Source of the DNA: Candidatus Omnitrophota bacterium
GTDB taxonomy: Bacteria > Omnitrophota > Gorgyraeia > 2-01-FULL-45-10
NCBI GenBank assembly: GCA_041650935.1
Contig: JBAZKH010000006.1
Span: 29,505-93,504 of the forward strand
Reading direction: 5' to 3'
DNA: 64,000 bases
Part shown: positions 57,974-64,000 of the stretch, piece after piece
Numbering within the stretch: the stretch's first letter is position 1
How the letters are laid out: the number at the start of each line of letters is the position of its first letter
Translations under genes and position numbers: made by a program
The notes under the pieces: model-generated
Databases searched by the model: none
What the model was told of the DNA's origin: nothing
What the model saw: the letters and a program-made list of their open reading frames with translations, nothing else

Positions 57974-58095
57974 GTAGCACAGTTCTTTGACAGCCTCCTT
58001 CCTATGACGGCGATGACATAATCGCTGAATATGATGCGTCAGGTAACCTCGTAACTAAATACGTCTATGGTGATAGTATAGACGAGCCAATAAGG

Positions 58096-58923
58096 ATGGA
58101 GAAAGGAGGGCAGAGTTACTATTATCATTCGGATGGGTTGGGGTCGGTAACTAACCTTACTGACTCAACTGGAGCAACTGCTGAAAGCTATTCCTATGAT
58201 GTCTTTGGCAAACCTAGCACTACCTCTGCTATCGGTAATCGCTATATGTTTACAGGCAGGGAATACGATGCTGAGACGGGGTTATACCATTACAGAGAAC
58301 GTAGTTACTCACCACAGATAGGACGCTTCCTCCAGAGAGATCCGCTACAGATAGACGATGAGAATACATACAGCTATTGCAGTAATGACCCCATCAACTA
58401 TATAGACCCGCATGGACTTCAAATGGTTTCCATAGGCACTTCTGAAGGACCAGTCTGGACACCGCCTCCAGGGCTTGGACCAACCTGGGCACCTCCTCCA
58501 GGCATAACAATACCTCCTGGGGGCTTGCCTGGAAGCGGGATATTGTATAACACGGCGGGTGGTGCATTAGGTGCAGGTGCTTTAACAGGCGCAGCTACAG
58601 TAGGCGGTTTTGCCGTGAGCAATCCGAAAATTACTCTTCATGGAAGTCAAGATTCAGATAGCGGTGTTTCAAAGATGGGAATAGTGCAGAGGGTTAGAGA
58701 CTGGTGGAACAATTTATGGAACAAGAATAATCAGAAGAAACCACCTGGTAAAAATGTGTGGTGGGATGAAAAACGAAAAAGATGGGTAGATGACGAGTAT
58801 GTGTATACATGGGATAAAAAACCTCATAAAAAAAGAGGTGGAGGGTCGCATTGGGACAGAGGACCTTTAAAAGGCGGAAAGGGAGAATGGTCTCCAGACG
58901 GCGCAAGCTGGTATCCAAAATAG
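58096..58923 (+). CDS. Orphan rhs C-terminal cassette (RHS core fragment + alternative toxin domain)
   Basis: Nucleotide and protein homology to the 3' core of the main rhs gene begins at about 57997 (YDGDDIIAEYD...), with no start codon there. Contains DPINYIDPHGL followed by a distinct Pro/Gly-rich CT. Confidence 0.6.
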   Translation: MEKGGQSYYYHSDGLGSVTNLTDSTGATAESYSYDVFGKPSTTSAIGNRYMFTGREYDAETGLYHYRERSYSPQIGRFLQRDPLQIDDENTYSYCSNDPINYIDPHGLQMVSIGTSEGPVWTPPPGLGPTWAPPPGITIPPGGLPGSGILYNTAGGALGAGALTGAATVGGFAVSNPKITLHGSQDSDSGVSKMGIVQRVRDWWNNLWNKNNQKKPPGKNVWWDEKRKRWVDDEYVYTWDKKPHKKRGGGSHWDRGPLKGGKGEWSPDGASWYPK

Positions 58924-58935
58924 GGGTGAAGTGTT

Positions 58936-59274
58936 ATGTCTGATATTAAATGTTCCTGTGGAAGCAAAGATGTCTTTGCTTATGAATTGGTTAAATGTAA
59001 AAAATGCGGCAAAGTCATAAAAGATTTTTCAGAAGGACTGAAAAAGGGGTGGAAACTAAAAATAACTTATAATGAAGATAAATCTGGCGAAATATGGATA
59101 CGAGGCAACAAAAGCGGCTTGGAATTCTTGGCAAGCTGTTGCCTTGCCATAATAGGAAAAAATGACCCATCCGGACATATTCATCTTCAATGGCAAATGA
59201 ATAATTTGTTGCCAGGTTCAACAGAAACGCTTTTAGAATATTCTGATTACGCAGAGAATTATCAAGAGAAATAG
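58936..59274 (+). CDS. Putative immunity protein for the orphan toxin (zinc-ribbon)
   Basis: CSCGS...CKKCGK motif. Immediately downstream of the orphan CT. Confidence 0.4.
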   Translation: MSDIKCSCGSKDVFAYELVKCKKCGKVIKDFSEGLKKGWKLKITYNEDKSGEIWIRGNKSGLEFLASCCLAIIGKNDPSGHIHLQWQMNNLLPGSTETLLEYSDYAENYQEK

Positions 59275-59286
59275 GTAGTGGAAATA

Positions 59287-59311
59287 GGTGCCATCCCAGA
59301 AGGTGCCACCC
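59287..59311 (+). repeat. REP-like element copy 2
   Basis: Identical to copy 1. Located 120 nt upstream of the RAYT gene. Confidence 0.7.
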
Positions 59312-59431
59312 ATAGCATCATTCTGCTTAGCTAAAGTATTTTAAAATAATTTGCAACAAAATAGCCTCATTTTGCGTCTTTATATATGAGGGGATACGTT
59401 ATCCCCACTAGACGAAAAAGGAGGTATTTTT

Positions 59432-60019
59432 ATGGGTAGACCTAATAGGATCCTGGTAGATGGTGGAGTGTATCATATAATAAATCGGGGGCATAATAGA
59501 TATAAAGTTTTCAATTCGTTGGATGATTATAAGGCATATAAAGACATAATACGAAGATATAAGGAGGATTTTAAGTTCGATCTTTTTCATTATTGTCTCA
59601 TGCCCAACCACATACACCTGCTACTGAGAATATCTAGAGGTATTGAGCTTCCGCGTCTTATGCAAGCTATGACACAGGCATATGCAAAGCATTATAAGAA
59701 GCAATATAAGTTTATCGGTAACCTCTTCCAGGGCAGGTATAAGAGCCCATACATAGATAAAGACGAGTATCTATTAGAATGCGGCAGATATATTGAAAGA
59801 AATCCGCTGAGGGCTCATATGGTTAGCGACCTTTCGCAGTATAATTTTTCAAGTTATAATTTCTACGCTGGAGGCAAAAAAGATGATATAATTACTGAAA
59901 ATCCACTTTATAAAGCACTATCATCCGATCCTTCAATGCAGAAGCGACTATACAGAGAGTACCTATTGCAAGAAAGGCCATACGAAAATATTATAGATAA
60001 AGAATTCAAGATATCCTAG
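59432..60019 (+). CDS. REP-associated tyrosine transposase (RAYT, IS200/Y1 HUH family)
   Basis: HUH motif in YCLMPNHIHLLL. Catalytic Tyr context GNLFQGRYKSPYIDKD. About 195 aa. Flanked by inverted REP copies. Confidence 0.75.
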   Translation: MGRPNRILVDGGVYHIINRGHNRYKVFNSLDDYKAYKDIIRRYKEDFKFDLFHYCLMPNHIHLLLRISRGIELPRLMQAMTQAYAKHYKKQYKFIGNLFQGRYKSPYIDKDEYLLECGRYIERNPLRAHMVSDLSQYNFSSYNFYAGGKKDDIITENPLYKALSSDPSMQKRLYREYLLQERPYENIIDKEFKIS

Positions 60020-60043
60020 GGTGGCACCTTCTGGGATGGCACC
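60019..60043 (-). repeat. REP-like element copy 3 (inverted), overlapping the RAYT stop codon
   Basis: GGGTGGCACCTTCTGGGATGGCACC is the reverse complement of copies 1 and 2. Confidence 0.7.
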
Positions 60044-60428
60044 GTTTTTTTGGGGTGGAAATTTATAGAGACGCTTCCCGGTAACATCCGGAAAGCGCCT
60101 CTATTTTTTTATCTAACGGTTGCCGGTAATAGAGGCAGTTTATCCCTCACCTATAAAGACGCAAAAACCGGTCAATTTGTTGCAGTTATTTTGCGAAAAT
60201 TGACTATATGCCGGCCATGTGATATATTTTAGTCAGTTCTTTTCATAAGATACAAGCAGTACATTACCATAAAGCAGGGTTCGGCCTTGCTAACCGTTAA
60301 GTATGGTAGGGTGTAATGCTTTGCCCGAAAGGGTAAAGGGAGAATTGCAGCCTTATCGGATTTACTTAACGGTTGCCGGTAATGGATGTGCGCTCCCTTT
60401 TTTGTTTTTAACAAAGGTAAAATTTATG

Positions 60429-60457
60429 TTGACAAAAAATCAAATATATAATATACT
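60429..60457 (+). promoter_or_regulatory. Sigma-70-type promoter TTGACA-N17-TATACT
   Basis: TTGACA at 60429-60434 and TATACT at 60452-60457, upstream of the receiver gene. Confidence 0.55.
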
Positions 60458-60498
60458 CAGGTACCTTAACCCAAGTGCGAAGAAAGGGGCTATTCATA

Positions 60499-60882
60499 AT
60501 GCGCGAGAATAAGAGGAATGCTGTAATCCTGGTAGTCGATGACGAGAGGGAGGCGACGATGAGCTTAAGGGGTTTCTTTGCGGCCCTGGGCTATGATATG
60601 CTTACGGCCTTTGACGGCAAGGAGGCCCTGGAGATCATAGACTCGGGCAGGAGGATCGATCTTATCCTCCTCGATATCAGGATGCCCGGTATCGACGGTA
60701 TCCAGATATTAGAACACCTCCGGCAGACCGATTCCGGGACAAAGGTTATAGTGATCACCGCATATGATAAAGATGTGAAGGACGAGGTCGAGGGGCTCGG
60801 CGTAGACGGTTTCTTAACCAAGCCGATAGACTTGTCCAAACTGATCGACAATGTCCGCCGCGTGATCGATAGAAAGGAATAA
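60499..60882 (+). CDS. Response regulator, receiver domain only
   Basis: AVILVVDDERE...LILLDIRMPGIDG...KVIVITAYD. Probable ATG at 60499 with an AAAGGGG RBS. The listed ORF starts at 60475. Confidence 0.7.
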   Translation: MRENKRNAVILVVDDEREATMSLRGFFAALGYDMLTAFDGKEALEIIDSGRRIDLILLDIRMPGIDGIQILEHLRQTDSGTKVIVITAYDKDVKDEVEGLGVDGFLTKPIDLSKLIDNVRRVIDRKE

Positions 60883-60967
60883 AAAAATCTCGTTTATGGG
60901 AAAAAATAACCTCGATATAGGATTAATCGAAATAAAAACATCGCTACGCGAACGGATAAAGATTTAA

Positions 60968-61189
60968 TGGATAAACAATACGATTTCATTCGCTAGAGAT
61001 AAATACAGTAATCCGTCTATTTACTACATGGAATGGGCAGGTGATTGGAACTTGGTCTATCGAGATGAGGAAGAATTTAAATGTATTTTTAAAGAAGCCG
61101 GGTTTACTGATGATCAATTAAAGATTCAGTATGAACAGCAGGGGATAATGCAGTATATGATCGCCAGCGCGAAACCTGAAGAGATCTAA
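60968..61189 (+). pseudogene. Remnant 3' fragment of a class I SAM-methyltransferase-like gene
   Basis: Open frame without a plausible full-length start. Encodes ...EWAGDWNLVYRDEEEFKCIFKEAGFTDDQL..., typical of an MTase C-terminus. Confidence 0.25.
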
Positions 61190-61293
61190 TTCATAAAAAG
61201 CCAAAAGAAGTTCTCCGTCGCAGCCGACATTTAAATGTCGGCTACAATATCGTCGGGCAACTTCTCTATGCTAATCTATTACCGCAAGCTTCG

Positions 61294-61322
61294 TTGACAA
61301 AGTATACATTTTAGTGTATACT
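61294..61322 (+). promoter_or_regulatory. Promoter TTGACA-N17-TATACT with embedded GTATAC operator palindromes for the TA operon
   Basis: TTGACA at 61294-61299 and TATACT at 61317-61322. GTATAC at 61302-61307 and 61316-61321. Confidence 0.55.
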
Positions 61323-61342
61323 TCATTACGGAGGTGGGGAAG

Positions 61343-61615
61343 ATGACAAAAAGCGTGACGCTGAAGACACTGCGGCCCAGATTACCGCAAATCATCGATG
61401 AAATCGATTCGAAGATGGACAGGTTCATCGTGACCAGGCGAGGCAAACCCGTGGCCATGATAATGTCAGTCGATGATTACGAGAGCATCCTGGAGACTAT
61501 AGATATTCTTTCCGATAAGAAGCTCGTGAAGAAGATAAAGAAAGCGGAATCGGATATCCGTAAGGGCAGTGTAAAGGCGCTTGGTGAAGTTGAAGAGGAA
61601 TTAGGGCTTGTATAA
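61343..61615 (+). CDS. Phd/YefM-family antitoxin
   Basis: MTKSVTLKTLRPRLPQIIDEI...FIVTRRGKPVAMIMSVDDYESILETIDILSD. GGAGGTGGGG RBS. Confidence 0.8.
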   Translation: MTKSVTLKTLRPRLPQIIDEIDSKMDRFIVTRRGKPVAMIMSVDDYESILETIDILSDKKLVKKIKKAESDIRKGSVKALGEVEEELGLV

Positions 61616-61871
61616 GATAGCCTTAGCCAGACAGGCGGAAAAAGAATATAGGGACCTTTTCCGGAGAGAGAAGGTCATCTTCGTCCGCATAAGAAAAGCA
61701 ATCCACGCCATCGCCAAAGATCCGCGCCAGGGTAAAGCTCTTAAATTCGAGCTAAAGCGGCTGTGGTCTTACCGGGTCGGTCCATACCGCATAATCTACA
61801 GCATCGAACATTCTATCCTTACGGTCTATATTATCGATATCGGCCATCGCCGCGAGATATGCAGAGTGTAA
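61608..61871 (+). CDS. RelE/ParE-family toxin
   Basis: LKRLWSYRVGPYRIIYSIEHSILTVYIIDIGHRREI. Overlaps the antitoxin gene. Confidence 0.75.
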   Translation: MYKIALARQAEKEYRDLFRREKVIFVRIRKAIHAIAKDPRQGKALKFELKRLWSYRVGPYRIIYSIEHSILTVYIIDIGHRREICRV

Positions 61872-61942
61872 GAAAACAAGCGGCCTGTACCCAATTATGC
61901 TTGACCCGGCAGTCTGATAGTTATATACTTAAAATAACTCCT

Positions 61943-64000
61943 ATGCGAAAGCTATTAACCTTTCTGAATATTTGGCCTGTCCTTATCATTCTCTCTATAG
62001 TTCCATTCCTGTTTCCCGCGTCAGCCCAGGCAGACGAAGCGTCTTATATAATCGTTCACGTCCATAATCCCGAAGGTATTGAGATAGCGAGCATCCCTAA
62101 CGGGGTGGACACGGTAAGTTCCGACGGTTCTCAAGGCGCGGAAATTTACGACGGCGATAATTTTATCGCAGGCGGCGCTTACAATACCGGGACTCATTGT
62201 AAGCCTATCGAGATCTCATCCGGTTCCCATACCATAAAAGCCAAATTTAACGGTATGACTAAAGAAGAGGATGTCACCCTCGATCCGGGCCAGACAAAGA
62301 TAGTGGTATTTACCTTCCAGAGAACAAACCGCATAGATGATGTGGCGGGCTCTTTTCCTATGAATTACAACGATACCGTCTCCGCATCCGGATGGACCGA
62401 TGTTCACGCCGCGATCTGGGAAAATACCGATCTATATTCGATGGGCGGTGATTTTGACGTGATGTATTGCACTGCCAATATTTCGTTAACAGTTGCCGGT
62501 TCCGTTACTTCTTTAGGGGATAACCGGTTCCGGATGGAGCATCACATAGCGGCCGCGTCATCCTCTTTCGGCGACTCCCATCCGCCCGCACCAAATGTAG
62601 GATGGGGCTTTGTCGCGACCGGATTTTCGTTAATAAATAAAGTAAATTATCATATCGATCTTCCGCATACGTGCGATCGCTGGTTTATCCAGGGATGGGG
62701 GCTTATTTCGAAAACCGGATGCGCGAGCCTTGAGGACAGCGACGGCAACCAGACGGGGATAAGCAGTTTTCTCGAAGACGTGCCGGGGCATTATTATACG
62801 ATCTCCGTGCCTTACGGTATTTACCATATCCGGGCAGGTTTTAAGTTGAATGCCGGCCAGTATTGGAGGATGGGTTCGGTTATGGGCAATCCCGAACAGG
62901 AATACGTAACCCCCGGCTGCAGCCAGGACGTGGAGTTCCCGCGGTATGTAACGGACGTTCCTTACAACCTCTCCGGCGCAGGCCTTGGGAATCAGCTCAT
63001 CGTCGAAGGCGGGACAGATAAGGAATCCTACGGGATAAATGACGAGGTTAAAATTTCCTGCGTGGTTAAAGACGGGACCAGCGGCGAGATCTTATCCGCC
63101 GATACTATTATCGCGGAAATAACCCTGCCGGACGGTTCGAAAGAAGAAGTCTCGTTATCGGAAGTAGAGACCGGGAAGTATGAGGGCGCTTTTACCGGCA
63201 CATCCCAGGTAGGAAGTTATTCTATCGGCGTGGACGCAAAGAAAGCCGATTATGCCGATGGTACGAAAGAGATAGATTTCCCGGCTACTATGCTGGAAAT
63301 ATTGGACGGTTCCAGTTTTTCTTCCGGAGCTGAAATCTCCGATTCACCCGAAAAGCTCGTCTCTATTGACGGCATAAAGATGAAAGGCGTTGCGGCAGAC
63401 GGGGCGGCCAGGCTTCTTTTACGGATAAAGACGGGCGTTTCCGCGCAGGTGTCGCTTTCTCTGGAAGGCGGTACGGGTGACAAGTCGGAGGACGGTGTTC
63501 TTCGTTCCATAGACAGGAAAGAGAAGCAGGAGGGAAACTCCATCGAGGCGCATACCGTAAGCACAAGTAAAGGAGACATCGCATTTGCCATTTATCAGGC
63601 GCCGGTTAATTTTGTGCGCGGTCCTGACGATACGACGGCTCCTTTAAGATCGATGATGTTAAGGGTAGTGGTAAATAGTGACGACGCCTTGGCGCATTAT
63701 AACTTCCTGGAAGATATCAGGATCGCCAGGCCGCCCGTTGTTTTTATACATGGGATATGGTCGAGCCAGCTCTGCTGGCTTAATTTCGAGAACAAAGTCT
63801 ATGACGCTATCCCGGGTATCTACACTGTCATAGCCGATTATGAAGCCACGAATGCGGACTATTTTACCATCAACATGTGGGTCGTGCGCCAGTACCTTAA
63901 TAAAGCCAGGGCTGTGATGCGCGAGAGCGGTATCGCCATGGTTCGCGCCGATATAGTCGCTCATAGTATGGGCGGCATATTGTCGCGGCTATGGTCATGT
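61943..64000 (+). CDS. Secreted protein with C-terminal alpha/beta-hydrolase (lipase-like, GxSxG) domain, 3' partial (runs off the window)
   Basis: Signal peptide (MRKLLTFLNIWPVLIILSIVPFLFPASAQA). Hand translation shows no stops through 64000. VVFIHGIWSS...IVAHSMGGILSRL lipase signature near the end. Confidence 0.5.
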   Translation, partial: MRKLLTFLNIWPVLIILSIVPFLFPASAQADEASYIIVHVHNPEGIEIASIPNGVDTVSSDGSQGAEIYDGDNFIAGGAYNTGTHCKPIEISSGSHTIKAKFNGMTKEEDVTLDPGQTKIVVFTFQRTNRIDDVAGSFPMNYNDTVSASGWTDVHAAIWENTDLYSMGGDFDVMYCTANISLTVAGSVTSLGDNRFRMEHHIAAASSSFGDSHPPAPNVGWGFVATGFSLINKVNYHIDLPHTCDRWFIQGWGLISKTGCASLEDSDGNQTGISSFLEDVPGHYYTISVPYGIYHIRAGFKLNAGQYWRMGSVMGNPEQEYVTPGCSQDVEFPRYVTDVPYNLSGAGLGNQLIVEGGTDKESYGINDEVKISCVVKDGTSGEILSADTIIAEITLPDGSKEEVSLSEVETGKYEGAFTGTSQVGSYSIGVDAKKADYADGTKEIDFPATMLEILDGSSFSSGAEISDSPEKLVSIDGIKMKGVAADGAARLLLRIKTGVSAQVSLSLEGGTGDKSEDGVLRSIDRKEKQEGNSIEAHTVSTSKGDIAFAIYQAPVNFVRGPDDTTAPLRSMMLRVVVNSDDALAHYNFLEDIRIARPPVVFIHGIWSSQLCWLNFENKVYDAIPGIYTVIADYEATNADYFTINMWVVRQYLNKARAVMRESGIAMVRADIVAHSMGGILSRLWSC

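Noticed and set aside
1-64000. tRNA, tmRNA or rRNA genes
   Set aside because: No T-loop-like GTTCGAATC/GTTCAAATC motifs or cloverleaf-sized structured gaps were seen in the intergenic regions. None is reported.

Overview
The window appears to be a bacterial chromosome segment. GC content looks mixed by eye: AT-rich host-like genes at both ends, with a higher-GC insertion between them.

- **Left flank (about 100-5250):** a 7TM-type sensor histidine kinase plus receiver-only response regulator, followed by several small proteins. Two of these carry H-box-like motifs and one has a degenerate GHKL ATPase tail.
- **Prophage (about 5.3-40.2 kb):** a complete lambda-like siphovirus prophage.
  - Early region: an ECF-like sigma factor, a multiply frameshifted Dcm-type C5-methyltransferase, an HTH initiator-like gene whose 3' end contains four palindromic iterons (putative ori), an HNH endonuclease and a ParB-domain/DNA methyltransferase fusion.
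  - Head genes in lambda order: TerS, TerL (gpA family), gpW, portal, HK97-type prohead protease/scaffold, decoration protein and major capsid.
  - Tail genes: connector and tail genes, a G/GT chaperone pair with an A-AAA-AAC -1 frameshift site, tape measure, M- and L-like minor tail proteins, a K(NlpC/P60)+J-like tip fusion with FN3 domains, and a tail fibre.
  - An unusual accessory operon (the most interesting feature of the window): a 187-aa protein ending in 13 alternating Cys codons (CX)13, immediately followed by a radical-SAM/SPASM maturase-like enzyme and a B12-binding radical SAM enzyme. It also carries three paralogous small zinc-ribbon proteins and a DUF1566 protein.
  - Then small membrane proteins, a Rho_N-like protein and a DnaG-like primase/helicase.
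  - The prophage ends with three overlapping tyrosine recombinase genes, the third a tandem double module (RIT/Tn554-like trio).
- **Right flank (about 40.3-64.0 kb):**
  - A 699-aa GxSxG lipase-like protein with a secreted TPR-like partner (a Tle/Tli-like pair).
  - A KAS-II / B12-rSAM / ICMT-like methyltransferase operon, preceded by a 39-aa Cys-containing small ORF.
  - A second paralogous 7TM histidine kinase plus response regulator.
  - A giant FlgD-Ig repeat surface protein.
  - An Rhs/YD-repeat polymorphic toxin with immunity gene and an orphan rhs-CT/immunity cassette bracketed by REP-like repeats.
  - A RAYT (IS200-like) transposase flanked by inverted REP copies.
  - A standalone response regulator.
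  - A Phd/YefM-RelE toxin-antitoxin pair with a promoter/operator.
  - A partial secreted lipase-like ORF running off the window end.
- **Not found:** no rRNA, tRNA or CRISPR array was recognised.
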